From assembly GCF_009914755.1 (NCBI RefSeq), contig NC_060942.1: DNA of 64,000 bases; one strand, given 5' to 3'. This DNA comes from the human T2T-CHM13v2.0 reference genome, Homo sapiens. The stretch's first letter is position 1, and every line of letters starts with the position of its first letter. Of the stretch, positions 22,751-37,272 are shown one piece after another. A model generated the notes under the pieces. It made no database searches. It was not told where the DNA came from and saw nothing but the letters and a program-made list of their open reading frames with translations. A program made the position numbers and the translations under genes.

Positions 22751-24194
22751 ATAGAATTTGGAAGGATACGGAATATGTATATGTTATTTACTTTATACAC
22801 AGCTCCTAGCACTATGTCTAACACATCTTAGATACTCAGTAACTATGTCTGGATGGAATTAATTAGTAAATTAATTACCAGTACCCAGATTTCAGTTATG
22901 GGTGCTAAGAGAATTTCCTGAGAAATAAAAGGGTTCTGATACTAAAGGCACTGAAGAATTGGGTGAACTTTCCAGGAATGCTGCAGCCATGACAGAAATG
23001 GGGATGTTGCAACAAGCCACAACATTCACAGCATTCAGTATCCTCTAAGCTAAGGTCGCTTCCACCTCTGATTCAAGGACTCCTCATTACAGGGCAAACT
23101 TTTCAGAAGTGACTGTGTCACAGCAGGTTTCAGCATCGAAGCTAACATCAACAGGTGTCACACAAAAATTAATTGACTGGGAGAACTGTCAGAGGAGTTG
23201 TTTCCTCATAATTGGAGGAAGCCACCTTTGGAAAACTCTTTCCAGCCCCTTGCCTCCATGCCAGAAAGTTTTGGTGCTACCATGAGCTTTGGCTCAGGAT
23301 TTTACCTCCACAACCTTTTAGCCACTCATCCCTTACCATAGGTGTCCTCATAGCCAACGGTCAGAATCACCTATTGGGCACCCTTTCATTTCCTATGGCC
23401 CAGCAGCAGTTCTGATTAGAAAGGTCAGTCGCTTCATGATAAAACTCCTCAGTCCTATTTTACAGATAGCCAGGCGTTATGTGGATAGGTTCACTAATAC
23501 CAAGTAAAGACTCCAGGGGACACTGGAAATCTTTGCATTTTCAGCTAAGTCCAGAACTGGTCTGATTCTTGGAACTTAAGTGATTAAGAGGAGCCTGAAA
23601 CACCAGAATTGTGGTATTGTGGACAACTCTGTAGAAAGCTCCAGGAAAGAAACTAGGGGCTATCCTTTTTCTCTTCTGATAGTAGTCCTAGCAGCCACTA
23701 AAGTGACTAGCACCTACTCTGTTTGTCCTTAGTGTTTGTGTGTTCTTAGTACCTTTTGGTGTAGCTAGTACAAGTGAGAATCAAAGGGAGAAAATATCCA
23801 GCAAAGATAAAATTTTAGACAAACCATTCCTCATAGCTCACTTTCGTCAGGAGAGAAACTGACAAGGCACAGAAAAAAATGTCCTCCTCTCTTTTAAGAA
23901 GAAAAACATTCAATATTCAGTAATAGGAACTGTCCTAAATTGAGTCAGGAACTACAATTTGACTAGATTAATTTTATGTGTTTATTTGTTTGTAGCCCTC
24001 CCTTGTTCTGGAAGGTATATTAAATGACTTAAAGGACAAAACTCAACAAGGGAGGAGAAATAAAGAAAACACAACAGAAGAAATCAAAGGTGGGGATATA
24101 AATGCACTCAAGAAGAGGACTAGACTAGTTTAAGTAATCTTGTTTTGGTGGTCATGCTCATAATTGTATGACCTTGATAATGCTCTTAAACCCT

Positions 24195-26090
24195 TTTTTG
24201 TTTGTTTGTTTTTACTAGCAGCTTTAAAAAGGTATGACTACATGCCATAATATTCATCTTTTAAAAAGATACAAAATAGTGATTTTTAGTATATTTGCAG
24301 ATTTGTGCAATCAGTATTACTTTCTAATTCCAGATCATTTTCATCACCCCACAAAATAAATCCTGTACCCATTAGCAGTTACACCCCATTTTCTTTCTAT
24401 AGTTCCTGGCAACTACTAACTTACTTTCTGTTCCCATACATTTGCCTTTTCTAGATGTAATCAAACAATAGGTGGCTTCTTTTATTTGGCTTCTTTCACT
24501 TAGCATAGTATTTTTAAGGTTTAGCCATGCTGTAGGATGTATTGATACTTTGTTCTTTTTATGGCTGAATAATATTCCATCATATGGATATATTCTATTT
24601 TGTTTATCCATTCAATAGCTGATAGACATTCTGGTTGGTTCTACTTTTTGGTTATTGTAACTAATGCTGCTATGAACATTTATGTAGAAGTTTTTGCATG
24701 AACATATGTTTTCAGTTCTCTTGGGTATATACTTAGGAGCAGAATTTTGGGATATGTGGTAATTTTACACTTAACTTTTTGAAAAAATTTCCAAACTGTT
24801 TTCCAAAGCAGTTGCACCATTGTATATGCTCAGTAATAATATATGAGGATTCAAATTTCTCTGTGTTCCTACCAACATTTTCTGTCGTCCATCTGTTTTA
24901 TTATGGCCACCCTAGAAGGTATGAAGTGGCATCGCATTGTGATTTTGATTTGCATTTTCCTAATTGCTGATGATGTTGATCATCTTTTCCTGTGCTTCTG
25001 GCCATATGTATATTTTTTGGAAAAGAAATATCTATCCAAATCTTTGCCCATTTTTCAACTGGGTTGTCTTTTTATTGTTGTATAGGGCTTCCTTATGTGT
25101 TCTGGATAGAAGTCTTTATCAGATATGTGACTTGCAAAATTTTCCTTTTATTGTATGAGGTGTCTTTTCACTTTCATGCCAGTGACCTTCGAAGCATAAC
25201 TTTTTATTAAGTTTAATTTATTATTTTTCTTGTTCCTCATGCTTTGGTGTCATATCTGGGGAGGGTTTGCCTAACCAAAGGTCAAAAAATATACTCATGT
25301 TTTCTTCTAAGAAATTGATAGCTTTAGCTCTTGCCTTTAGGTTTATGATCCACTTTGAATTTATTTGGTGTATTGTAGAAAGCAGGGCTCCAGCTCTTCT
25401 TCTTCCTCCTCCTCCTTCTTTTTTATTTTTTATTTTTTTTTTGAGACAGAGTCTTGCTCTGACACCTGGGCTGGAGTGCAGTGGCGTGATCTCAGCTTAC
25501 TGCAACCTCCGCCTCCCGGGTTCAAGTGATTCTCCTGCCTCAGCCTCTTGAGTAGCTGGGATTACAGGCGCCCACCACCATGCTCATCTAATTTTTGTAT
25601 TTTTAGTGGAGACAGGGTTTCACCAACTTGGCCAGGCTGGTCTTGAACTCCTCACGTCGCCACCTCGGCCTCCCAAAGTGCTGGGATTACAGGTGTGAGC
25701 CACCACACCTGGCCCCTCCTCCTTTTCTTCTTTCTCCTTCTCCTTCTTCTTCTCCACTTTCTTCTTTTGCATGTGTATATCAGCTTTTCCCAGCACTATT
25801 TATTTATTGAAAAGACTTATTCCCCATTATATTATATTAGCACCCATGTCAAAAGTCAATGAGCAATAAGTATCAGGGTTTATTTCTGGACAATCAGTTC
25901 TGTTCTATTGATTTATATGTCTTTTCTTATGCCAGTGTCACACTCTTGACTGCAATAGCTTTGTAGAAATTTTAAAATTGGGAAGTGTGAGTCCTCCAAC
26001 CTTGTTCTTTTTCAAGATTGTTTTGGCTATTCTAGGTCCATGGCATTTCAATATGAATTTTAGGGTCAACTTGTCAATATCTGTAGAAAG
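24195..26090 (-). mobile_element. L1MB-type 3' fragment (~1.6 kb without the Alu), inserted into a MIR
   Basis: ORF 24372-24611 resembles the L1 ORF2 C-terminus (TMLSERSQ); GGCTTCTTTCACTTAGCATA and TTTATGGCTGAATAATATTCC motifs; TAATGCTCT near both ends, with MIR halves outside. Confidence 0.88.
25419..25714 (-). mobile_element. AluS
   Basis: Dimeric Alu; TSD CCTCCTCCTT at 25408-25417 and 25715-25724. Confidence 0.95.
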
Positions 26091-26994
26091 GCTCTCCTAG
26101 ATTTGTTAATGCTCTCCTAGATTTGCTAAGCCTCAATTTTCTCACGTATTTAAAAAGATTGGTAATTCATGTCCTGTAGAGTACTTGTGAAGCCCCCCAA
26201 AATATAACTCTGCTTTAAATGTTTAAAATACTAATTTCAAATCCACATTTTATATTGTTTATCTCATTTTATAAAATTCAACCAATTTTAATCCTCATTT
26301 TCAGAAAAATATATTTTTGCCATATTTATTAACCTAGCATTGTCATCATCACACCTCTGGACTCACTGAAAACTGTGACCTTTCCCAGCTTACACAAGGA
26401 CCAGATTGGTTCTACTGCCAGGTACCTGTGTTAGAATTGAAGAATTCTAGATGTGTAAAGGAAAATGGCCTCACCTACCTTAAGGTGGGATGTGGTTACT
26501 CTCAGAAAGGTGAGAAGGAAGGAGCAATTGAAAGGAAGGATGAGTAAGGAGAAATGGGGAACTTCTTTAACTGCTGGCAGTGTGTAGAGAATTAGACTGA
26601 AAGTGGCTTGTCTTCAGAGGCTGGTATCTGGAGGGCAAGGCCGAGGAGAAAATGTGTTCCTGCTTGCTACTCCACCTCTAGCTGGAAAGCCCCATTATTT
26701 GAATGGACCAGAATCCAGTAATCCAGTTTGTAGGTGTCTGCTCGGCTGTCATTTGTTCTCCTGGCTGACTGCAAATATAACTCAGAGTGATGAAGATTAC
26801 AAGGAAGAGTATCTTGGCCAAGGTCCAAGGCTCTGAGGTTTTCTCATTCAGTCTGTCCTCTGAACTTAGGAGGGAGTATCGTACCAATTCTGCTGCTAGG
26901 CTCAGAGTAGTCTAAAGCAGAAAGCAATCAAACCACAGCTTTTTCTCTTCTCCTGTCCCAACTATTTATAGTAACCGATGCTACTGTCACAGTT

Positions 26995-27180
26995 ATCTTA
27001 GCTCACGTTCACTGAAAGTAAGACCTTATGCTATGCATTACCTTCATATGAAGTCAGCACAGTTATTATTATCCTGATTCTACAGATGACAAAACCAAGG
27101 CACAGACAGGTTATGTATTTTGTCAAAATTATAAATATTTAAAGGGGAGTATGTCCAGGATTGATCCGAGACGTACCATG
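26995..27180 (-). mobile_element. MIR relic
   Basis: TTATTATTATCCTGATTCTACAGATGACAAAACCAAGGCACAGACAGGTTA. Confidence 0.7.
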
Positions 27181-28664
27181 CTATACCATGTCAACCCTCT
27201 TCTGTTTCTTGTCTCTGTAGCTCAAATAGCATTTTCTCAATTTGGCTATACTTGGAGAATCACAGAATTAGCTTACAACCCTCAGGAATTAAGACTCTTA
27301 AGAGCAGTGGCCTAATTTCATTTCTTCAAGGAAGCACCTTCCAAGATTCCGTAGATTACACTATGGTTTCTTGTCTATGAATTCCTATTGCATTCTTTCA
27401 AGAAGTCAGCACCTGAGTCCATAACTATCGGATGGGTGTTTCTGAAGGCTGAGAACTGCCCGCCGTCTGGGTTACTGGCATCATTGACAATGCCGAGACA
27501 TGCCTCTTCCTCTCTGAGATTGTTGTTAACTGGAGCAGGAGGTTCTCACTAAAAACATGCCGACTCCCTCCTATGGCCTTCATGATGTAACCATCATACA
27601 CATTGCTGCTGTTCTATAATAATAGGTCACCATTCAGGGACAAACAGCAATGACTGACTCATTCAAGAGATGGCGAAGGGGTGAGCGGAGGGATGACCAG
27701 GTAAAGAAAGGTGTTTTTTAGCATTTTTCCTTACCTCAGAGCTCCATTGAAACCAAATCTGGATTGACCTGATTTTCCAAACCTTTATGTCTTTGATGGA
27801 GTCAGGAAGATGAAAGAAGCTGTTGTCTGTACAACCTATTTCCCCTTCTGTGAGTTGAACTGAATTGAAACTGCTCCATGTTTATCAAAGATCAGGCAAA
27901 GATATGAGCAATGTCCTGATGTCAGTGATACGGGCCAGTGTCCTGCCCATGGTCAGCATCCTGGGTCTCCATTATTGGAAGGCCTTAACATCTTCATGAG
28001 CAACCCTTTTTTTCCCCCAGAGGAAACTAAATTTCTTGCCCTGTCATACTAAAAACCTAGAGGGGGTTTTATCTATTTTACTTTGTTTTGTAAGCGTACA
28101 TAAGAACTCCTGATTTCATTTTATGTTGTTAATAGTGGGTAGGGTTGTTTCTACTTTTAGCTCTCCTCTAGTGCCTCCCCACAGGGAAATCAGCCTCTGG
28201 TCCCTCCATGTGTTCAAGTGTACAGGCCTCTGGTTGCCCCCTGCCCCTCACACCCTTTTCATCCACCCTACATTATTCTAACTTGCCACTCTCTGAAGTT
28301 ATGGAAGGTGAAGGCCAGGGAAATTGTGGGTATCAATATAGGACTTTGATTTTCATACCCCCTTGTGTATGTACATGCATTAGTGCTGTGTAACACAGGC
28401 TGTAATTTCTTTGGGAAAGAAAGGAAAAGTGAGAAACAGTTTCCATAAAATAAAAAGACCATTGGACCTGGCTCAAATTTGGAGTGGGGGAGGGAGGATC
28501 CCTTACCTGAAAATGTTGTATCTGTGATGAGTCATCTTGGTCTAATATGATTACCCTCATTTTCTATGGTGTATCTTTAGCTCTTTGAGGCTTCTATTAT
28601 TGAAATACTACTAGCTCCATAAGTGGAACCTGTCTTAGAGTATATAACTGAGAGAGAATTTATA

Positions 28665-28743
28665 TTAGGTTGGTGCAAATGTAATTGTGGGGTTTGTCAT
28701 TACTTTTCGTTGCAAAAACAGCGATTACTTTTGCACCAACCTA
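28665..28743. mobile_element. MADE1 (Hsmar1-derived mariner MITE), near full length
   Basis: TTAGGTTGGTGCAAATGTAATTG...GATTACTTTTGCACCAACCTA inverted repeats flanked by TA. Confidence 0.95.
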
Positions 28744-29139
28744 TAATTGAAAAGGTCCTTAGAAATCCACTACTCTGGTTCTTCGTCCTGCAAATGATAT
28801 TCTCCAATAAGAGGAACTGAAATGACCTCCAAAGTCACTCAACAGCGTTCACATTAGAACCCAAAAAGCCAAAATCCTGATGCCCTGATTCTGCTGCCTA
28901 CCAGCCACCTGTCTCCAGTTGAATAGCATTTTATCCAAGTTATAGAAAAGATGGCCACCCTCTGGGTGTCTCACCATTAGGTGATAATGTTCTCCTCACT
29001 CTGCTTTGTCTGCTTAAATTGTACTACAGGTCTAGCCCTGCCAAACCTCACCCAGGGAGCCCTCTGAGCTCTCCAATGAAATCGTTCATCAGAAAGGTCC
29101 TGCTCTATATGCTATTCACCACCCCATACCTGTTCCCTA

Positions 29140-29480
29140 ATAGACATTCAACCCATATTTACCAGCACTTGACTACATGCCAGGGACAGGGACAAACATT
29201 GTGGAGGAGGCACAGATGTGTAAGCCTTCGTATTTACCATTAAGGAACTTCAACAGTAGTGGAAGAGAGAAGGTACAAACGTGTGTGCTCCTGCATACAC
29301 ACACCCACACACACACACACACATAGGCACAAACTTCAAGGCAGTAGGTGACAATTAATATATAACAGATATAACGAAAATGCTAGTGGTTTTGGAGGAG
29401 AAGTGAGAACCTCCAGCAGGGGTGAGAAGATGGAGTCTGTTTCTGAGGGAAGTGGCATTGAACTTTCCTTTTAAGTGTAG
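29140..29480 (-). mobile_element. L2 relic containing a (CA)n run at 29297-29323
   Basis: CATTCAACCCATATTTACCAGCACTTGACTACATGCCAGG...AAGGAACTTCAACAGTAGTGGAAGAGA. Confidence 0.6.
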
Positions 29481-29844
29481 CTCAGGTTTATTATAAGAGT
29501 CTTTTTCTAGATGATCTAGTCTTTTTCTAGATCAAACATTTATTATTTGATAAATGTTGGGTTTTGACTCGACTAAACATGAAAGTTTTCAAGTAGAAAG
29601 ACCATGTTCAAGGCATATAATGATAGCTCAATTGATGTTTGTTTTGGAAGTGCTGAATTTTACTTGATTCTCCTAGAACTTGTAGCAATATCATCCAAGG
29701 AATGATGAAATTTAATTAAGTTGAGTCTGTAGAGGACCATATATGTTGTGAAATAAATGCTACTGATTGCCTTCCTTCTCAAAGCCCACTTTATTTCTTG
29801 ATGCTCACTGAGCACACCTGTCTACATATTTTAAGGAAACTTTT

Positions 29845-30080
29845 TGTTTTTTTTGTTTGTTTGTTTTTGTTTTTTTTGAGACAGAGTCTGGCTGCCTCAG
29901 CCTCCCAAGTAGCTGGGACTACAGGCACCTGCCACCATGCCCGGCTAATTTTTTGTATTTTTAGTAGAGAAGGGGTTTCATCGTGTTTGCCAGGATGGTC
30001 TCCATCTCCTGACCTGGTGATCCACCCACCTCAGCCTCCTAAAGTGCTGGGATTACAGGCGTGAGCCACCGTGCCTGGCC
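29845..30080 (-). mobile_element. AluY/Sc-like Alu with a ~75 bp right-arm deletion
   Basis: GAGACAGAGTCTGG joined directly to CTGCCTCAGCCTCC; GCCAGGATGGTCTC; TSD GAAACTTTT at 29836-29844 and 30082-30090. Confidence 0.93.
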
Positions 30081-30554
30081 AGAAACTTTTCTTTACAGTA
30101 ACTTTTCTATGTGCAGAGAATGTTTACCCCTCCTCTGTGCACCATCGTGTACACAAGCAGTCAGTTAGCTGCTTCCTTTTCTGCTCTCTCCCTTCCTTCT
30201 TTCTTCTCTCATGGTTACTGGCCTTGTCTCTCAAAAATAACCAAGGATGCAGTGGGGACAGGTGGTGCCTGTGTCGTCCCGGTGCTCTTGAGGTCTGGCT
30301 CTGGCACCTCTCTTCAGTGTCAGCAACCACAAACCAAAAAGTTCCCTCCCTCCAGCTTTGGCTTTTATCCCCCAGGAACCACAAGTTCTGGAGCTAGGAA
30401 ACTGAGTGTTTTAAAAGAGGAGACAATGTCCTTTGAGAAACCCACTGCTCTAAGCCCATTTTGACTCAGCCCTAAGATCTGCCTTTCCTGATCCAGCAGA
30501 TTACCAGGGGAATTTTCCTTCATAAATGTACATTGATGGGCTTCTACATCAATG

Positions 30555-30780
30555 AAGGTTAAGTTCAGCTTCCCATACGCCCACAGAACAAGTCTCGGGC
30601 AAGACAGAAGTTGAGTTTTCTTTTGATTATGGAAGTACAGGGGCAAGCATGTCAGGACTGGTGAGGCAGTTTCATTACATCACCAGGGACTGAGTCTTCT
30701 CCTGTCTGTCCTTCTGCTCTGCCATCCTTAGATCAATGCTTCCGTCCTCCTGGCTACCTCTTATGGTTAGATTCAAGTGT
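30555..30780 (-). mobile_element. MLT1J/K-like MaLR LTR fragment
   Basis: CATCACCAGGGACTGAGTCTTC...TTCTGCTCTGCCATCCTTAG...CTCTTATGGTT. Confidence 0.55.
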
Positions 30781-32029
30781 AAACTCTCTGGTTCAGACTG
30801 CATGCAGTGAGGGTCCTGAGAAAGCAGAGACATGCATAGAGGGTGCAGGGCCAGCTTCACAGAAGGCAGAGACTAGAGGTGAGTCAGGACTTAAAGCTGG
30901 GTACAACTTGAACATGTAGGGCACGAAGGGCCTGGAAAACAGAAGGAGATGTCCTTGGAAAGGGCTACAGTAGTAACAAAAGTGGTTTCCCTGCACTCTA
31001 ATGAGGAGCTCACACTGGCTACCATTACCGGTCCAAACTGAAGCCTCCTTGTATTGGTGGAGTAGTGAGAAGTGTGTTCATCTCTGCCTTGGGCAGCTCA
31101 GAGCTGTATGTATGTTGGCTTTTCAATGTGGTCTCTCAGGCATCTTTGAATGGCCCACAGTGACTATAGCCAACTGTGGAAAGATCAGGCTGATGCCATA
31201 ACATGGCTGGGTTCATTCCATTTTTAGTTACTGAAAAGGCTTGGTTCATTGGTTTATTTTTTGTTTTCACTATCCCTCAATTCCTTTCTCAGCCTTTTGC
31301 AATACCAAACATGACTGCCATTCTGGTGAGCCAAATAATAATAATAATAATGCAGGACTCAGGATGAGGCTCAGACCTGGTCTGTCAGTGTCCACGGCTT
31401 TTGTCCTTAGCTGGGGGACAGGCCCTAGACTCAGTGTAGAATATCTGGAGCTGCAGAAGGCACTCCCATCGTCTCTACTCCCAGACACGCCTTTCTTTCA
31501 TACTCTTTGTGTGTGTTTTCCTTTGCAATTTGTACATTCTTTGCACAGGTGTCAACCCAAAGTAAACTGCAGTGTCGTGAGTTACCTGGGATGGGAATAT
31601 GTGTCATTGAGAATGTGGGGATCACCATTAGCTGTTGATTATGAACACACTGGCCTAAGACAGAACTTGACTAATGAGGCTATGCCCTGCCCTCTAGGAA
31701 ATACTCTACTGTTAGGCAACACAGAACGTACTTGAGCTATTGGGGAAATTGTGCATTATATTTTGCTTTGCCATGTCAACATCAAAGATTGAAGTTTTAT
31801 TTTTAGTCTTCTTTGGTTGTTTTCACTGGTCAGGATCAAAGTCACAGTTTCTCTGTATGACAGGCAAAGACTGGAAGTAAACGAATGGATTTGGCATTCT
31901 ATTCACTTTTTGAGTGACTATCACCTTTTAGATTCTAATAGAAGGAGAGACATTTCATGCAATAGTCTATGTAATCAAATGATGGTGGGAGGTGGTAGGA
32001 AGAGGTGAGGATGGATACCACTGGTTACA

Positions 32030-32190
32030 CAGCCTTTAGACTGAGGTGAGATTTTTAGAAGGTTAATGTCTGGAAGGAGCCTGAAAGTTCAAGGTGACCC
32101 ACCCCCTCATGTTATAGATGAAGTACTATAGGAACAGAAATAGGACTTGAACCCAGGACTCCAATTCCCAGACCAGTGCTTTTGGCAGCA
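32030..32190 (-). mobile_element. MIR relic
   Basis: CCCCCTCATGTTATAGATGAAG...GGACTTGAACCCAGGACTCC. Confidence 0.6.
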
Positions 32191-32739
32191 AGCTTTCCTG
32201 GAGCTCTATCAACCCCAAGACTCCACCCAAGCCAACGTCCTGAGGACAGGTGCTTTTCAGCTGGCTGCTGGTGTAAGCTGTGGCTTTTAAAATCAACGCT
32301 TATTTTAATACTTTCACAGATCATAGACAAGCAGAAGAGTCTATCTAAAAATACTAAAATTTACTAAGTTAATGGTTCAGGTTGCAACTGATGTCATTAC
32401 TGCATCTTAAATATGTGTTTTATATTGATTTGAATATAACTGTGGAAATTCGTAATGAAGAAATTTTGCCTACTGCGTGCCCAACTTGGTGATCAAAGAT
32501 CCCTAATATAATAGGGCATCCTTGGGAGAAATCACAGGGAAACCTTTGCTCACTGCATTTCCCCTCACTTCATTATGCTCCAGGACACCAGCTTTCCAAG
32601 CAGTTCTCCTGACTTCAGAAATGTCATTAAGGACTGATCCTCCAAGGAAGTATGGGGTTTTATTTGGTGGCTCAGGGAAGAATTATGAATCTTTTCTTCC
32701 AGGCTAAAGGATCTTGGCAGCAAATGGAGGGTACAAGTC

Positions 32740-33630
<891 letters not shown>

Positions 33631-34109
33631 TCATCCTTCTTATTGATGCTACTCTTAGTCCAAACAAACATCTGTTTCTTTTCTGATTTCCGATTTTCAG
33701 GCTGGCTGGAGTTTGTGGGACCAGGAATGCTGCCTGATGAAAGGTTCCTTGGAATTTTCCCATAGAGGACAATCTTTTGCCTGCCACCCATGAATGTTTC
33801 TGTCTTTCCTTTTTTTCTTTCTTTCCTTCATTCCACAGATATTTATTAAGTTCTTCTCAAGCTCTCAAATATCCTAAACTTAATTTGTGTAAATATTGCT
33901 ACAGCCCAGGTCACAGTGAAATCTTAGACTGAGACACCACCTTCTATTTACACAGGCAGCATGAACTGTTGTTGCCCTATTTGGTGAATACGGCATAAAG
34001 TATCCAAGAAACAGCCCAGACACGGAGAGAATATTTTCTGAGCAGTCAGCATAATGAGATTGAATGAGTCCTAAACTATGTCAGAAAATCTATATTTAAC
34101 TCCCAACTT

Positions 34110-34270
34110 TGCTATTCATTCTGTCAACCTCAGACAAGTCATCTGAACTCTTTCTGCTACATTGTCTTCAAGTATAAAATGGAACTCATAGTTTCCTCTC
34201 TTATGAACTTTACAGGGATGTTGGGTGGTATGAGGGATAACATAAATGAAAATGGTACCAGAAAGTGAAG
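34110..34270 (+). mobile_element. MIR relic
   Basis: ACCTCAGACAAGTCATCTGAACTCTTTCTG...TATAAAATGG...ACAGGGATGTTGGG. Confidence 0.65.
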
Positions 34271-35859
34271 GCCCCCACCTCCCTGAACCTGGTAACACAG
34301 ATTTTGCCAAATAAGCCGCTTCCCTGGTTTCCCAGACCTCATCAGTGCATGGCTGCTGTCCAGCCTGCCAATTCATTGACTTCACCATGCCCTATTAATT
34401 GATTCTGGGGAACCCCATCAGGGAAAGAAATTAATAGGTGTAGCTGTTTGGAGATAGCCCTATTCTCCAGAGAACCTCCTGAATGTCCCTCTGAGTAGAT
34501 ATCAGGGAAAGGACACCCTTCTCAACCTTCTGTGTGGGATAGGAATAGCGTGCACCAGGATGCCTGTGAGACAGGTGAGCTGGAAGCCCTTACTTGCTGC
34601 ATGTCAGTTTCCTTATTTGTAAAACGAAAAGGTGGTGAGTCTTACTTGGTGGTTTTTGAACAGTGCTTTCCAAGTGCTGTGTAGGGCCCACTCTAGGGTC
34701 ACTGCCTGGGGAGAGGCAGTTTGGTGCAGGATATTTGGGAGTGTTTCCAGCTCTCTGATCCCAGAGTTACTCAGCTTTTACTTTCTTTATTTGTTTATGC
34801 TCCAGCTGTGATTTTATTTCAACCAAGGGTTACAAAGCTTTAAAATTTTTTTAACCCAGGACCAAGTTATATCTAAATGCCCGACTTTGTGGTTCTCTGA
34901 TACAGTTACTGAGTGAGTTGTCTTTCTTTCATCTTCTTCCCTTGTCTATGTGCAAGGGGTTCAATGCTCTGATGCCTCCCCATCCACCCCCAGCAGGAGG
35001 GTTGGAGCTCTGCCTCCTCGAGTTGTTGATTTCTGAGTCCTCAGCATTTCCCTCACCCTCTCCAGCTTGTCCTCAAGCCTGCCAGTGTCTGTTTCATGCA
35101 GCAAAGGCTGTGAGGTGCCCTGGAGCTCTGTGTCCTTGGCTTCAGCACTCAAAGCCCGTGCATGGCAGGGCTCTGGGATACTGGGCTTCAAGGGGATGAC
35201 TCTACTACTCACCATGACTTTTGGGACTCCCGGGAGCCAGGTTTGGAGAAGGAAATAGAAGGGGAAAGGAAGCCCTGAGCATGTCAGCCCCCACCACAGC
35301 GAGCTTGTGTCTCACCTAGAAAAGCCTCCTAGTGCTCATGTGCCCTTAAATGGACTTGTTCACCATGGCCCTCCCACAGCATGCCGCCCTCGGTTTGTAT
35401 TTTGGAGGGCTTAGTAGATTAGATGTCTGAAAGCCAAAATCCTTCCCGGTGCTGCCGAGCCATTCATACTTTCTTCTCAATAAACAGTTGTCAGACAATT
35501 GGATTAAATGAACCCCCACATATAGTCTACTTCAAAATAATAATCCTCGGGACAGCCTGTTCCTCTGCATTATCTGTGTTTACTTTTGGATCTGGTCACA
35601 ATGCTCTGGTTATACTTTCTGGCAACATGCACTTATGGGGCAAGGGTCACTGGGGTGGAGCCACCACCTCATCCTGAGGAAGAGGGGCCCAGGCTCAGCT
35701 GGAGTGACCTGGAGCGTAGGTTTCCCCAGGCCAGGCCTTCTCCATGAAAGGCTTCCTCGGCAGCGGCCTTCCAGGAGAGGATCCCAGTGAAAAGACCACT
35801 TGACTCTGAGTTAGAAAACATGGAATTTATCCTACCTGGCCACTAACAAGCCATTGGAC

Positions 35860-36030
35860 TATCAAGAAATGGAAGAGATTTCCCTCATAATCATAGGTTT
35901 CTTGTCATTAGAGATGTTGAGGCAGAGATGGGTGGCCCTTGCTCTGAAATGCTGAGGACAGGAACCCAGCAGTAGGTAAAAAGTTGGATCAGATATCCTC
36001 AAAGGTCCTTTCCAACTGTGAATGTTTCCA
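35860..36030 (+). mobile_element. L3/CR1 3' end
   Basis: GTCATTAGAGATGTTGAGGCAGAG...GTTGGATCAGATATCCTCAAAGGTCCTTTCCAACTG. Confidence 0.6.
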
Positions 36031-36682
36031 CTTCTAGCCTTCTCGTGCAGTTCTACCTAGTGCACAGAATTGCTAGAATGTTTACAAAAGAAGATGTACA
36101 TAAAAACATTTGACTATATAATATGGCAAGAGAATGTGAGAATTTGTGTTCTAGTTATCAACTTTAAATCTGAGGTGATGATCTTATGTGCACTGCCACT
36201 GGGATGGACCCCACAAATGACAGTTCAACAGAACTGTAGGGGAAACTCCCCTTTCCCTGGAGCACTTTGCAGAGATATGTCAACTTCCAGCAGACTCTTC
36301 TCCTGGGGCTTAATATCTATAGCAGTCCCACTTTGGATTCTGCTGGAGATAAAGAAGTAGCAAAGCCAGCATAGCTCGGCCCAGTGCCCTTTTCACACTC
36401 ATGTGGTTAAGGATGCCAGTTCCTGTACTAGACCTTGAGCTCCACGAAAGCATAGCCATGTCCATTCCATTCTCTGCCATGTGGTCATCATCTAGTCCAC
36501 AGGGTCTGTCACATAGTTTGTGCTCAGTAAATATTTGTTGAACAAAAATATAATACATTAAGAGAATTAAGGAATTAACCATAGGGTTCTGACTCTGCAG
36601 GTAGAAACTATTTAGAGATGTGAGAGCTCATTTCACCTAGGTCTCCATTTGCATGTTACTCTATCAGAAAGGGTATCCTTAG

Positions 36683-37012
<330 letters not shown>

Positions 37013-37081
37013 AGATCCCCCCGTCTTTAAGCTTGTCCCCATATCCTCTCTGGTTTTTCCTTAATAATCTGTGCCATTTGA

Positions 37082-37272
37082 TTAATATATATTTATTATA
37101 TTATATATATGTATACATATGTGTATTGTATGTACATATACACACATACATATGCATATACACACATATGCATATACATACATGAATTTGTATCTAAATA
37201 TTACATATAGGTTTGTATGTATGTCAGATATATCTCTGTCTGTGTAAACACACACACATATAGATATAAACA
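37082..37272. repeat. TA/CA-rich low-complexity tract
   Basis: Degenerate TATA, TACA and TATG units. Confidence 0.85.

Noticed and set aside
31241-31735. 164-aa ORF with poly-Asn
   Set aside because: TTG start, poly-N comes from an (AAT) microsatellite, no recognisable homology
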